DNA of 64,000 bases, taken from Candidatus Cybelea sp. (lineage in GTDB: Bacteria; Vulcanimicrobiota; Vulcanimicrobiia; Vulcanimicrobiales; Vulcanimicrobiaceae). Shown here piece after piece: positions 1 to 9,814 of this stretch. Under the pieces are notes generated by a model. That model was not told the origin of the DNA and did no database searches. It saw only the letters and a program-made list of their open reading frames with translations. The translations under genes were made by a program, and so were the position numbers. Positions within the stretch are counted from its first letter, which is position 1; every line of letters begins with the position of its first letter. The stretch covers positions 8,864 to 72,863 of the forward strand of contig JBAUMX010000101.1 in the NCBI GenBank assembly GCA_049578945.1, read 5' to 3'.

Positions 1-1775
1 GAGTTGGGATTCGCAACGACGTCGGCAAGCGTGCCGGCGGTGAGAATTTCACCGCCCTCCGCGCCCGCGCCGGGGCCGATGTCGACGACCACGTCGGCCG
101 TCCGCATCGTGTCTTCGTCGTGCTCGATGACGATCAGCGTGTTTCCGAGATCTCTCAACGTTTTCAAGGTCGCCAGCAGACGATCGTTGTCGCGCTGGTG
201 CAACCCGATCGACGGCTCGTCGAGAATATACAAAACGCCGACCAGGGCACTGCCGATCTGCGTCGCGAGCCGAATGCGCTGCGATTCTCCACCCGCGAGC
301 GTCGTCGCCGAACGCGAAAGCGTCAGATAGTTCAGCCCGACGTTGGTCAAGAACCCAAGCCGCGCCCGAATCTCCTTGACGATCTGGTGCGCGATCTGCT
401 CCTGGCGCGGCGAGAGCGTCAAACTTTTAAAGAAGAGCTCGAGCTGTTCGATCGACATACGCGTAAGATCGTCGACGTTGCGTGCGCCGATCGTTACCGC
501 CAGCGCCTCGGGTTTCAGGCGCGCGCCGTTGCAGGCCGGACAGGTCGAGGCCGACATAAACTTCTCGATCTCTTCCTTGACATATTCGCTCGACGTCTCG
601 CTATAGCGACGCTGAAGGTTATTAACGACGCCCTCGAACGAAGCGCGGTACTCCCAAGTCTTGCCGCCTCGCGAGGTGTACTCGAACGTCTGCTCCCGGT
701 CGGTTCCGTAGAGGATGATGTCGAGCACTTCGCCGGAGAGCTGCTCGATGGGCGTCGTCGTCTTTACGCGGTAGCGTCGCAAGACGCGCTCGAGTTGCTG
801 CATGTAATACGGATTCATCGAAGGGTAGCGCCCGGAGCCAAGGTTTCGGCTCCACGGAACGACCGCGCCGTCGGCGATCGACTTGCTGCGGTCGGGAATC
901 ACCTTCCACGGATCGATCTCGATCTTCTCACCGAGCCCGCTGCACGACGGGCACGCGCCGTACGGCGAGTTGAACGAGAAGAGCCGCGGCGCGAGCTCCT
1001 CGAACGAGAGCCCGCAGTAGACGCACGCGAACGCTTCGCTAAACGTCAGCTCTCGCTCACCAGCCAGCACGGTGACGATACCGGTCGAGAGACGCAGCGT
1101 CGTCTCGACCGAATCGGCGAGCCGGCTGCGGATCTCCGGCTTCATCACGAGGCGGTCGACGACGACCTCGATCGTGTGCTTGCGCTTCTTGTCGAGGACG
1201 ATCTTCTCTCTGAGCTCCTTGGTTTCGCCGTCGACGCGCACGCGCGTGAAGCCCTCCTTCCCGATCTCCTCGAAGAGCTTGGCGTACTCACCCTTGCGCC
1301 CGCGCACCATCGGCGCGAGCAGAACGATGCGCGTTCCTTCCGGCAGCTCCGCGATCGCATCGACGATCTGCGAGGCCGACTGCGTGCTGATCTCGCGTCC
1401 GCACTTGTAGCAGTGCGGCGTGCCTACGCGTGCGAAGAGCAACCGCAAATAATCGTAGACTTCGGTAACGGTGCCGACGGTCGAACGTGGGTTGCGTGAG
1501 GTCGACTTCTGGTCGATCGAGATCGCCGGCGAGAGTCCCTCAATGTAATCGACGTCGGGCTTCTCCATCTGCCCGAGAAACTGCCGCGCGTACGACGAGA
1601 GCGATTCGACGTAGCGGCGCTGCCCTTCGGCGTAGATCGTGTCGAAGGCAAGCGACGACTTCCCGGAACCCGACAGCCCGGTTACCACGATCAGCCGGTT
1701 TCGCGGCAGAACCAAATCGACGTTCTTGAGGTTGTGCTCGCGCGCGCCCTTGATGACGATCGAATCGAGTGTCAC
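1..1775 (-). CDS. uvrA: excinuclease ABC subunit A (UvrA), first ~590 codons; 3' end runs off the left edge
   Basis: The reverse strand from GTG at 1775..1773 reads [76 protein letters not shown]. Later come CxxC zinc-finger pairs and [16 protein letters not shown]...[12 protein letters not shown]. The frame stays open to position 3. It is absent from the ORF track because no stop lies in the window. The + ORF 120..1499 is its antisense shadow. Confidence 0.95.
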   Translation of the reverse strand, partial: MTLDSIVIKGAREHNLKNVDLVLPRNRLIVVTGLSGSGKSSLAFDTIYAEGQRRYVESLSSYARQFLGQMEKPDVDYIEGLSPAISIDQKSTSRNPRSTVGTVTEVYDYLRLLFARVGTPHCYKCGREISTQSASQIVDAIAELPEGTRIVLLAPMVRGRKGEYAKLFEEIGKEGFTRVRVDGETKELREKIVLDKKRKHTIEVVVDRLVMKPEIRSRLADSVETTLRLSTGIVTVLAGERELTFSEAFACVYCGLSFEELAPRLFSFNSPYGACPSCSGLGEKIEIDPWKVIPDRSKSIADGAVVPWSRNLGSGRYPSMNPYYMQQLERVLRRYRVKTTTPIEQLSGEVLDIILYGTDREQTFEYTSRGGKTWEYRASFEGVVNNLQRRYSETSSEYVKEEIEKFMSASTCPACNGARLKPEALAVTIGARNVDDLTRMSIEQLELFFKSLTLSPRQEQIAHQIVKEIRARLGFLTNVGLNYLTLSRSATTLAGGESQRIRLATQIGSALVGVLYILDEPSIGLHQRDNDRLLATLKTLRDLGNTLIVIEHDEDTMRTADVVVDIGPGAGAEGGEILTAGTLADVVANPN

Positions 1776-1779
1776 TTGG

Positions 1780-2511
1780 TTAAGATACACGCGCCGGGTG
1801 GAGAAGTATGCGAGCGGCGCCGGCAATCGAGCTGCAGGTCGCGTCGGGGGGCGGGGCGCCGGGCGGCAGCTCCTCGCCCCGCACGTTGAGCCAAATGGTG
1901 TAGAGCCCGGCCTCCAGGGCCCCGGAAATGTCGCGGTCGTAGCGGTCGCCGACCATCGCGCTGCGGGCCGGCGCACCCCCGAGGGTACGGCAAGCGTGGG
2001 CGAAGAGCAGCGGATCGGGCTTGACCATGCCGACCTCGTCGGAGAGAAAGATCGCATCGAAGTACTCGCTGATCTGCAGTAGCGCGATCTTCTCACGGTG
2101 CGTTTCGGAGAGGCCGTTCGTGACGATTCCCAGCTTGATGCCACGTTCGCGCAGCGCGCGAAGCAGCTCGATCGCGCCGGGAAAGAGCGTGAAGTATTTT
2201 ATTCGATAGGCGTTATACCGCTCGGCGCTCCGTTTTGCGAGCTCGGGATCGTCCCCGGCTCCGACGCTCTCGAGCGCGCTCTGCCACATGCTCGCGCGGA
2301 GGCTCGCCAACTTCACTTTCAAGTCATCGGCGGAGAGGCGGTGCCAAAAACCCTCCGCCTCCGCGATGTAGGCCGCCTTGAGCGCGAGCGCGTCGATGCC
2401 GTGCTCGGCGGCGACTTCGCGAGCGACCTCCTCGGCGGCGTTGTGATACGCGTACGTATCGTCATGCAACGTATCGTCCAAATCGAAGAGCACGATCTCG
2501 ATGCGCCGCAC
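1780..2511 (-). CDS. HAD-superfamily hydrolase (subfamily IA-like)
   Basis: 243-aa ORF with a GTG start. It has the FDLDDTL motif I (DxDxT), IVTNG, and [13 protein letters not shown] (motif IV-like). Its stop lies 4 nt before the uvrA start on the same strand. Confidence 0.85.
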   Translation of the reverse strand: MRRIEIVLFDLDDTLHDDTYAYHNAAEEVAREVAAEHGIDALALKAAYIAEAEGFWHRLSADDLKVKLASLRASMWQSALESVGAGDDPELAKRSAERYNAYRIKYFTLFPGAIELLRALRERGIKLGIVTNGLSETHREKIALLQISEYFDAIFLSDEVGMVKPDPLLFAHACRTLGGAPARSAMVGDRYDRDISGALEAGLYTIWLNVRGEELPPGAPPPDATCSSIAGAARILLHPARVS

Positions 2512-2525
2512 GGCTGGTGCTTTGC

Positions 2526-3014
2526 CTAGTGCGGCTGCCCGATTTGCAATCCCTCGACCTTACCTTGGCTGTCCACGGCGAAGAAGAAATTGAGTCTCCT
2601 ACCGTTCTTGAACGTTAGCGAGTAAATAGCGTACGAGATGTTGCCCTGCGCGCCAGCCTGCTGTTGGACGAAGCTCACCGGCGTTCCAAGACCTGCGAGA
2701 ATACCTTGCGCGTTGCTGATCGTGGAGTCGGTCAGGGCGCCGTTGGCCCTAGTTGCAAGCTGCGACCGGTCGATCTTGCCGGCTTGCAGCTGCGCGAACC
2801 AACTCTTTGCACGGGCGAGCATCGCAGGGTCGGTCGTCGGAGCAGCGGTCGGCTGGCCCTGCGGCTGACCCACCGGCGCCGGCGGCGGTGGCGGCGGACC
2901 GTAGGGTCCTTGGTCGGGCATCGATGGCGGTGGGGGTGCCGCCGCAATCGTACCGGCGAGAAGTGCAGCGGGGAGAAGCATCCTAACAAAATAAAACATT
3001 CGAGACCCTTTCAT
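2526..3014 (-). CDS. secreted hypothetical protein with Pro-rich linker
   Basis: Taken from ORF 2526..3062. I prefer the internal ATG at 3014, which gives MKGSRMFYFVRMLLPAALLAGTIAAA, a signal-peptide-like N-terminus. This is followed by PPPPSMPDQGPYGPPPPPPAP and a ~110-aa C-terminal domain. No family recognised. Confidence 0.6.
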   Translation of the reverse strand: MKGSRMFYFVRMLLPAALLAGTIAAAPPPPSMPDQGPYGPPPPPPAPVGQPQGQPTAAPTTDPAMLARAKSWFAQLQAGKIDRSQLATRANGALTDSTISNAQGILAGLGTPVSFVQQQAGAQGNISYAIYSLTFKNGRRLNFFFAVDSQGKVEGLQIGQPH

Positions 3015-3022
3015 AATGCGTT

Positions 3023-3844
3023 CTAGCGAATATCCGGCAAACGCTGTGCTAAGTATACCCATCCTTCCGATGAGATGCGCACCGAACCGGAGAAGGGCGT
3101 CGAAAACTCCTCGATAACGACGAAGAGTATGCCGATCAGCCCGACCAAGATCGCGGTCATCATCAACTGCGCCGGGCGATTTTCGACCCCAAAGATGAAG
3201 CAGAATGCGACCATCGCAAGCGCGCCGGCGACAAGCGCAAACCAGAGCACCGATGGAACCGCGGGGACGGCTGCGATCAGCCGCGCGCGCCGCGCGTCGA
3301 AAAGACGCTGCATCTGTGCGATCGCGGCTTGCTGTGCCGCCAACTCTTTGAATTTAGTCGGACTAAACGTATCGACCGCGAGCGAGACCCCCTCCAGTTG
3401 GCGCGCACCAAGCTCGGGAACATCCTGGTCGTGCGCCATTGCCGGCCATTCGATTCGAATGACGGTTTCGACGTAGCTGCGCAGCCCGTCGCGCACCGCA
3501 GATCTTGGCGCCGAAGAGAAGGCGTCGACGACGTGATAGAGGTTGCCGGTCGCGTCGACTTCATTTTCCACGTTCGAAACCGCACCGTCGTATTTCTGCC
3601 AAACGACGACGACGACAAAACCGAGCACGACCGCGTACAGCACGCCGACCGCCGAGAAAAGATAGCCTGCGACGTCGTTGTGCCGCCGCAGCATCTCAGC
3701 CTTGAGCCGGCGCTGCACGAAGGCGTGAAGGACCACGAAGCAGGCGACGACGGCGGCAACGATCGCCAACTCCGCTACCAGATCCGGAATGCTCGTGATC
3801 GTACGCGTCAAAACGCCTACGGGTGCCGCCAACGCCCCCACCAT
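3023..3844 (-). CDS. DUF4239 (bestrophin-like) family membrane protein
   Basis: 273 aa with N- and C-terminal TM segments. The central segment GVLYAVVLGFVVVVVWQKYDGAVSNVENEVDATGNLYHVV...YVETVIRIEWPAM matches my memory of the DUF4239 signature. Confidence 0.7.
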   Translation of the reverse strand: MVGALAAPVGVLTRTITSIPDLVAELAIVAAVVACFVVLHAFVQRRLKAEMLRRHNDVAGYLFSAVGVLYAVVLGFVVVVVWQKYDGAVSNVENEVDATGNLYHVVDAFSSAPRSAVRDGLRSYVETVIRIEWPAMAHDQDVPELGARQLEGVSLAVDTFSPTKFKELAAQQAAIAQMQRLFDARRARLIAAVPAVPSVLWFALVAGALAMVAFCFIFGVENRPAQLMMTAILVGLIGILFVVIEEFSTPFSGSVRISSEGWVYLAQRLPDIR

Positions 3845-3856
3845 GTTAGTCGTTCC

Positions 3857-5902
3857 CTAGGTCTCGACGAGTTCCGCTAACGCCTTGTCGAAGATCTTCG
3901 GCGCCTTACCTCCGAAGAGAATGCTCTCGTTTCCACCGATCTGCTTGCGCAGTTCGATCAGTTCGTCGCGCAGGGCGGCGGCTTTTTCGAACTCGAGACC
4001 GGCGGCTGCGTCGCGCATCTTGCGCTCCAGATCGCGCGCCATTTTCGTCGCCACGTCGCGCGGGAGCCGCTCCAGCTTAAGCTTTGCAGTGTTCTCATGG
4101 GTCGCCCTAACCATGCTGAGGATGTCGTGGATCTCCTTGCGCACAGATCTAGGCTCGATGCCGTGCTCGCGGTTATACTCGAGCTGCATCTCACGACGGC
4201 GGGAGGTCTCGCCGATCGCGCGCGCCATCGATTCGGTCACGACGTCGGCGTACATGATCACCTTGCCCTCGACGTTGCGCGAGGCTCGTCCGATCGTCTG
4301 TATCAGCGACGTTCCGCTGCGCAGATAACCTTCCTTATCGGCGTCGAGGATCCCAACCAGCGAGACTTCCGGAAGGTCCAGGCCCTCGCGCAGCAGATTG
4401 ATCCCGACCAGCACGTCGAAGACGCCAGCGCGCAGGTCGCGGAGAATCGCGACCCGCTCTAGCGTGTCGATCTCGCTGTGGAGATATCGGACACGTAAGC
4501 CGTTCTCGAGCAAGAAATCGGTCAGGTCCTCGGCCATCTTTTTCGTTAACGTCGTCACCAAGACGCGCTCCTTGCGCGCGGCTCGCTGGGCGATCTCCTC
4601 CATCAGATCGTCGACCTGGTTGCGGGTCGGACGGACCTCGACTTCGGGATCGACCAGTCCGGTCGGGCGAATGATCATCTCGGCGACCTGCGCGCTGCGC
4701 TTGATCTCGTATCCGCCCGGCGTCGCCGAAACGTAGATCACCTGATTGATGTGCTCGTCGAACTCTTTATAGGTAAGCGGCCGATTGTCGAGCGCGCTCG
4801 GCAAGCGAAAACCGTGCTCGACCAGGACCTCCTTGCGCGAACGGTCCCCCGCGTACATGCCGTGAACCTGGGGAAGCGTGACGTGCGACTCGTCGACGAA
4901 AAGCAGCCAGTCTTTCGGAAAGAAGTCGATCAGACACCAAGGCGTGGAGCCGGGCTCGCGGCCTGTAAGATGGCGCGAATAGTTCTCGATGCCGTTGCAG
5001 TAGCCGACCTCGCGAAGCATGTCGAGGTCGTAGCGGGTGCGCATTTCCAGCCGTTGCGCTTCGAGAAGTTTACCGGTTCGCTTGAAATAGGAGAGGCGTT
5101 CTTCAAGCTCCGCTTCGATCGAGAGTATGGCGCGCTGCAGCTTCTCCTCCGGCGTGATGAAATGCTTGGCCGGAAAGATCAGCAGCTCGCTTTTTTGCTC
5201 GACGTACTCGCCCGTCAGCATGTTGACGACGTTGATCCTTTCGATCTCGTCACCGAAGAACTCGATGCGATGGACGAGTTCTTCGTCCACGCCGACGAAC
5301 TCCAAGGTATCGCCACGTACCCGGAAGGTTCCACGCACCAGGTTCAGATCGTTGCGGCGGTACTGCATGTCGACGAGCTTACGCAGCAAAACGTCGCGGT
5401 CGAACGTATCGCCGACGCGCACGCGCGCCGACATCTCCATGTAGTCCGAGGGCGATCCCAAGCCGAAGATGCACGAGACCGATGCCACGATCAGCGTGTC
5501 GGGACGCGTCAGAAGAGACTGCGTTGCCGAATGGCGGAGCCGTTCGATCTCGTCGTTGATAGAGCTGTCCTTCTCGATATAGGTGTCGGTCGACGGCACG
5601 TACGCTTCCGGCTGGTAGTAGTCGAAGTACGAAACGAAATATTCGACCGCATTGTTCGGGAAGAACTCGCGGAACTCGGCGCAGAGCTGCGCGGCGAGCG
5701 TCTTGTTGTGGCAGAGCACGAGGGTAGGCTTTCGCACCAGCTCGATCGCGCGCGCCATGGCCATGGTCTTGCCGCTACCGGTCACGCCGAGCAGCGTCTG
5801 AGCCCGGTCGCCGCGCAAGACGCCGCGGGCGAGCGCGTCGGTCGCCTTGGGCTGATCGCCGGCCAGCGCAAAGGGGGAGACGAGGGTGAACTCTTGAGCC
5901 AC
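3857..5902 (-). CDS. uvrB: excinuclease ABC subunit B (UvrB)
   Basis: 681 aa. It has GVTGSGKT (Walker A), [11 protein letters not shown], helicase motifs, and a C-terminal UVR domain ([17 protein letters not shown]). Confidence 0.97.
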   Translation of the reverse strand: MAQEFTLVSPFALAGDQPKATDALARGVLRGDRAQTLLGVTGSGKTMAMARAIELVRKPTLVLCHNKTLAAQLCAEFREFFPNNAVEYFVSYFDYYQPEAYVPSTDTYIEKDSSINDEIERLRHSATQSLLTRPDTLIVASVSCIFGLGSPSDYMEMSARVRVGDTFDRDVLLRKLVDMQYRRNDLNLVRGTFRVRGDTLEFVGVDEELVHRIEFFGDEIERINVVNMLTGEYVEQKSELLIFPAKHFITPEEKLQRAILSIEAELEERLSYFKRTGKLLEAQRLEMRTRYDLDMLREVGYCNGIENYSRHLTGREPGSTPWCLIDFFPKDWLLFVDESHVTLPQVHGMYAGDRSRKEVLVEHGFRLPSALDNRPLTYKEFDEHINQVIYVSATPGGYEIKRSAQVAEMIIRPTGLVDPEVEVRPTRNQVDDLMEEIAQRAARKERVLVTTLTKKMAEDLTDFLLENGLRVRYLHSEIDTLERVAILRDLRAGVFDVLVGINLLREGLDLPEVSLVGILDADKEGYLRSGTSLIQTIGRASRNVEGKVIMYADVVTESMARAIGETSRRREMQLEYNREHGIEPRSVRKEIHDILSMVRATHENTAKLKLERLPRDVATKMARDLERKMRDAAAGLEFEKAAALRDELIELRKQIGGNESILFGGKAPKIFDKALAELVET

Positions 5903-5962
5903 TGCCTTCCCTGAAACAGCCCCCGAGGGCCGAACGCTTCAGCCAGCGAACGACCGCCTTGA

Positions 5963-6979
5963 ATGAGTCAGAACCCGCTTCTCTTTTGCGGAAACTCCAA
6001 TCCGCAGCTGGCCGAAGAGATAGCCAAGCGCCTGCGGCTCCACGTGGGCAAGGCGCTCGTTTCCGAGTTTCGCAACGAAGAGACGCGGGTCGAGATCAGC
6101 GAGAACGTCCGTGGATCCGAAGTCTTCGTCGTCCAGTCGATCTGTCGCGCTCCCAACGGCAAAGGCGTCAACGATGCCGTGATGGAGCTGCTTCTGATGA
6201 TCGACGCGTTGCGGCGAGCGTCCGCCGCGCGCATCACCGCGGTGATTCCCTACTACGGTTACGCAAAGCAGGACAAGAAGACGAAAGGGCGCGAGCCGAT
6301 CTCCGCCAAGGTGATCGCCAACGTACTCAAAGTCGGAGGCGCGCGGCGGATCGTCACGATGGACCTGCACGCCGCCCAGATCCAAGGCTTCTTCGACATT
6401 CCGGTCGACAACTTGATGGCGATGCCGGTGCTCTGCAACTACCTCAAAAAAGAAGGGCTCTGCGACGATAAGATCGTCGTCGTTTCGCCCGACGCCGGCG
6501 GCGTGCATCGCGCTGAGCTCTTCGCAAAACGCCTCAACAGTTCGCTCGCGATCGTCTTCAAGCGGCGTCCCGAACCCGACGTTGCGGAAGTCACCGATAT
6601 CGTCGGCGACGTTACCGGGAAGGTCGCGGTCGTCGTTGACGACATGATCTCAACCGGCGGCACGCTGGCCAAGGCCGCCGAAGCGATCAAGGCGCGCGGC
6701 GCGACCCGCGTCTACACGGTCGCCTCCCATGGGATCTTCGCCGGGGAAGCGGTCGAGGTGCTCGAGCAATCCGCAATCGAGAAAGTCCTCTTCACGAATA
6801 CCGTACCGTTCGACAACAGCGCGAACCATCCGAAATTCGTTCAGCTCTCGATCGCGCAGATCTTCGCCGACGCTATCAACCGCATTACGACCAACCGGTC
6901 GGTCTCCGAGCTCTTCTCAGGCGAGGAGCCTCCGCAGCCCTTTCTGAGCACTCCCCCCGAAGCGGTTGCGGTCTTCTAG
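5963..6979 (+). CDS. prs: ribose-phosphate pyrophosphokinase
   Basis: 338 aa. N-terminus LLFCGNSNPQLAEEIAKRL...EFRNEETRVEI, PRPP-binding loop VVVDDMISTGGTL. Diverges from uvrB across a 60-nt spacer. Confidence 0.95.
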   Translation: MSQNPLLFCGNSNPQLAEEIAKRLRLHVGKALVSEFRNEETRVEISENVRGSEVFVVQSICRAPNGKGVNDAVMELLLMIDALRRASAARITAVIPYYGYAKQDKKTKGREPISAKVIANVLKVGGARRIVTMDLHAAQIQGFFDIPVDNLMAMPVLCNYLKKEGLCDDKIVVVSPDAGGVHRAELFAKRLNSSLAIVFKRRPEPDVAEVTDIVGDVTGKVAVVVDDMISTGGTLAKAAEAIKARGATRVYTVASHGIFAGEAVEVLEQSAIEKVLFTNTVPFDNSANHPKFVQLSIAQIFADAINRITTNRSVSELFSGEEPPQPFLSTPPEAVAVF

Positions 6980-7002
6980 CGCATTCGTTTATAAAGGAAG
7001 CC

Positions 7003-7665
7003 GTGGCTACAAAAGACTTCAAGCTCGCCGTCGAACGGCGGCAGAAACTCGGCACGACCGGGTCGCAGGCCTTGCGCGCGGCCGGAAAACTTCCAGCGGT
7101 GCTCTACGGGCATGGCGTCGGAGCCGAGCACCTCGCGGTTGACGCTCACGCATTCGAAGAAGTCATACATCACGCCGGGCGTAACGCGATCATCACGCTC
7201 ACCGAAGGGGCTCGTAAGGGACAGACCGCGCTCGTGCGCGAGATCCAGCGACACCCCGTCTCCCGACGCGTGATTCATGCCGATCTCCAGCGCGTCTCGG
7301 CCGATGAAACGATCGACGCTCGGCTTCCGATCGTAACCGTCGGCATCGCTGAGGGCGTTCGCAACTCGGGTGCCGTGATGGACGTCATCACGCACGAGCT
7401 CGAAGTCTGGGGTCCGGCAAACCAGATCCCGGAGCATCTCGAGGTGGACGTTACCGAGCTTGGTATCCACGATCACGTCACCGCCGGTGAGATCGCGTTG
7501 CCGCCGGGTTTCGAATTGGTAACGGCGCCCGAAACTGTCGTCGTTGCGATCGAGCCGTCGCGGACGGCGCGCGAGTTCGAAGAGGCGGCGGCCCCGGCTG
7601 AGCAGGCCGCTGAGCCTGAAGTCATCGGCGCCACGGAGCCGGCTCCCACGCCAGAGGCGAAATAG
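7003..7665 (+). CDS. rplY: 50S ribosomal protein L25 / general stress protein Ctc
   Basis: 220 aa, GTG start after AAGGAAG. Reads ...GSQALRAAGKLPAVLYGHG..., with an acidic/Ala-Pro C-terminal tail typical of the long Ctc form. Confidence 0.9.
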   Translation: MATKDFKLAVERRQKLGTTGSQALRAAGKLPAVLYGHGVGAEHLAVDAHAFEEVIHHAGRNAIITLTEGARKGQTALVREIQRHPVSRRVIHADLQRVSADETIDARLPIVTVGIAEGVRNSGAVMDVITHELEVWGPANQIPEHLEVDVTELGIHDHVTAGEIALPPGFELVTAPETVVVAIEPSRTAREFEEAAAPAEQAAEPEVIGATEPAPTPEAK

Positions 7666-7688
7666 TTTTTCAGCGACCGCAAAGAAGG

Positions 7689-8249
7689 CTGGTCGTCGGG
7701 TTAGGAAATCCGGGCGCAGAATACGCCGCGACGCGGCACAACGTCGGCTTCGTGGTCATCGACGAGGTCGCTCGGCGCTACGGCCTTACGACCTGGAAGA
7801 AAAAGGACGGCGCCCAGCAGGCGACCGATGCGGCGCACGGCGTTATCTTCATCAAGCCCGTCACCTTCATGAACCTCTCCGGCACGCCGGTGCGCTTGAT
7901 CTCGGCGTGGTACCGGACACCGCCGGACGGCGTGCTCGTCGTCAGCGACGACATGGATCTACCGTTCGGAAAACTGCGTATGCGACCGGCCGGGGGACAC
8001 GGCGGCCACAACGGCCTGCGTTCGATCATCGCCACGATCGGTGAGGGGTTTCCACGCATCCGCGTTGGTCTGGGTCGCCCCGAATACGACGGCGTCGACC
8101 ACGTTCTCGGCCGCTTTCCCGAGGACGAGCGGCGCGCGTTGCCCGCGATCGTGAGCGCGGCGGCCGACGGCGTACAGCGCTGGATCGAGGAGGGCGTCGA
8201 ACCCGCGATGCAGTTCGTCAATACGTGGGAGCTCTCTCAACCGCTGTAG
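7689..8249 (+). CDS. pth: peptidyl-tRNA hydrolase; start codon uncertain (non-canonical)
   Basis: The track ORF starts at GTG 7752. The same frame is open from 7620 and encodes the conserved Pth N-terminus LVVGLGNPGAEYAATRHNVGF upstream of that GTG. No ATG/GTG/TTG exists in frame between 7620 and 7752. The candidates are CTG 7689 or ATA 7662. Confidence 0.85.
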   Translation: MVVGLGNPGAEYAATRHNVGFVVIDEVARRYGLTTWKKKDGAQQATDAAHGVIFIKPVTFMNLSGTPVRLISAWYRTPPDGVLVVSDDMDLPFGKLRMRPAGGHGGHNGLRSIIATIGEGFPRIRVGLGRPEYDGVDHVLGRFPEDERRALPAIVSAAADGVQRWIEEGVEPAMQFVNTWELSQPL

Positions 8250-9814
8250 ACAATCTCTCCTCCAAGCATCGTCATCAGACTCTCGGTGTTGGGCAGATCA
8301 CCGGCGGCGCACGTAAAAATGTCTTGCGAGAGCATGGCCAAGTCCGCGAGCTTACCGGGTTCAAGCGTACCTTTCTCGGTTTCTTGAGACTCCGCGTATG
8401 CCGAGCCGCGCGTGTATGCTTCTATAGCTTGTTCGCGTGTGATTGCTTCTTCCGGTCGCACCGGGTTGTTCGTCGCAAACATGACACCTAAGAATGGGTT
8501 GATCGGGCCGTCGGATCCCAGAGCAAGTGGAATGCCGGCTTCGATCAGCGAGCGCACCGGTAGATAGTCGTGCCGCGGCCCAAAACGCTCCGCTAAGACG
8601 GGGGCAAATGAGAGATGCGTCGGGTTCCCAACGACAACCACACCCTGCGCTAGCGCGCGTGGAATGAGGTCGGCCTTCAGACCCCACCCGTGTTCGATTC
8701 GCACGCGCCGACGAGTCAATGCGGTTACATCGGCCTCTGACTCCAGAGCGCAAAGGAACGCATCGATCGTCGCGTCTCCGACGGCATGTACCAGCAACTG
8801 GTCGTTGCCAGCAAAAGAATCTCGCAGCATCGCGAGCATCTTACTGTACGGTAAGTACATTTGGCCGCGCCATCCGGGGCGGTCCCGATAATCCGAACGA
8901 ACTGCGGCGCGCCTTTCGAGCGGCGTCCCATCGAGAAGCCACTTCGTCCCAGAAATCCGAATGCGCTCACCTAGGTGAAGCTGCGTCCGAACCTCGGCAT
9001 TTTCGTCAAGCATGCGAGCATGCAATGAAGTACCAAGAAAACGAATGACACGCGCGCGAATCGGTAGGTGCGCTGCATAGAGGTTTTGCGCATAGTCTTC
9101 GGGATTCAACGGCGACATAATCTGCATTGACGTGATGCCAAGACGCGTGGCCTGCTGCCCCATCGTTCGCGCACTCGATACGCGCTCCGGCTCAGATTCG
9201 ATCAGCGCGAAATAGCACCAATGCATCCATTGCGCATAGCCAAAAAGTTTACCCGATACTCTGTTTGATCGGGGTAGACGTTCGCAGCATCCGCCAAAGG
9301 GATCCGGTTGCTCATCCCCGATTTGCAAGGCCGCCATAGCCGCGCTATTAACTACACTACCGTGACCGAAGTATGACGTTAGATGCACGGGATGATTCGG
9401 AGCGACCTTGTCGAGATCGATTCGCGTTGCACGCGGATCGTTGACGACATTTATTCCATGCGTCCCGAGAATCCAACTGCCTTTCGGAACATTCTTCGAG
9501 ACTTCGGCTACTGCATCGACGATCTCATCCCAGCTTGGTTCCAAGTGCGAAATCGGCAGCACGGCAACGCGAGGGTTGGGCACGTGGTGAAAGTGCGCAT
9601 CGTTGATGCCGGGAATGACCGTGCGGCCTTTAAGATCGATCGTGCGCGTGCGGGTTCCCGCGAGCGCGTGGACTTGGTTTGTCGCACCGACCGCGACAAT
9701 TCTCTCGCCGGTGATCGCCAGAGCCTCGACAAAACCCAGCGAGGTACTACCCGTAAAACATTTACCGTTTAAGAGCACGATGTCGGGATTCGCGGTCAAG
9801 GCAGTCTCACGCAT
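8237..9814 (-). CDS. amidohydrolase family protein (YtcJ-like, amidohydrolase_3)
   Basis: About 525 aa. Has IPGINDAHFHH (metal-binding HxH) and a C-terminal ...GSDGP...LEPGKLADL... region. I prefer the ATG at 9814, 8 nt after GAGGAGAG, over the TTG at 9820. This start overlaps the stop of the upstream regulator. Confidence 0.85.
   Translation of the reverse strand: MRETALTANPDIVLLNGKCFTGSTSLGFVEALAITGERIVAVGATNQVHALAGTRTRTIDLKGRTVIPGINDAHFHHVPNPRVAVLPISHLEPSWDEIVDAVAEVSKNVPKGSWILGTHGINVVNDPRATRIDLDKVAPNHPVHLTSYFGHGSVVNSAAMAALQIGDEQPDPFGGCCERLPRSNRVSGKLFGYAQWMHWCYFALIESEPERVSSARTMGQQATRLGITSMQIMSPLNPEDYAQNLYAAHLPIRARVIRFLGTSLHARMLDENAEVRTQLHLGERIRISGTKWLLDGTPLERRAAVRSDYRDRPGWRGQMYLPYSKMLAMLRDSFAGNDQLLVHAVGDATIDAFLCALESEADVTALTRRRVRIEHGWGLKADLIPRALAQGVVVVGNPTHLSFAPVLAERFGPRHDYLPVRSLIEAGIPLALGSDGPINPFLGVMFATNNPVRPEEAITREQAIEAYTRGSAYAESQETEKGTLEPGKLADLAMLSQDIFTCAAGDLPNTESLMTMLGGEIVYSG

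Noticed and set aside
120-1499. 459-aa + strand ORF
   Set aside because: It is Arg/Asp/Leu-rich with low complexity and lies exactly antisense to a textbook UvrA reading frame. This is a GC-rich shadow ORF.
4751-5914. 387-aa + strand ORF
   Set aside because: It is antisense to uvrB and has no recognisable motifs.
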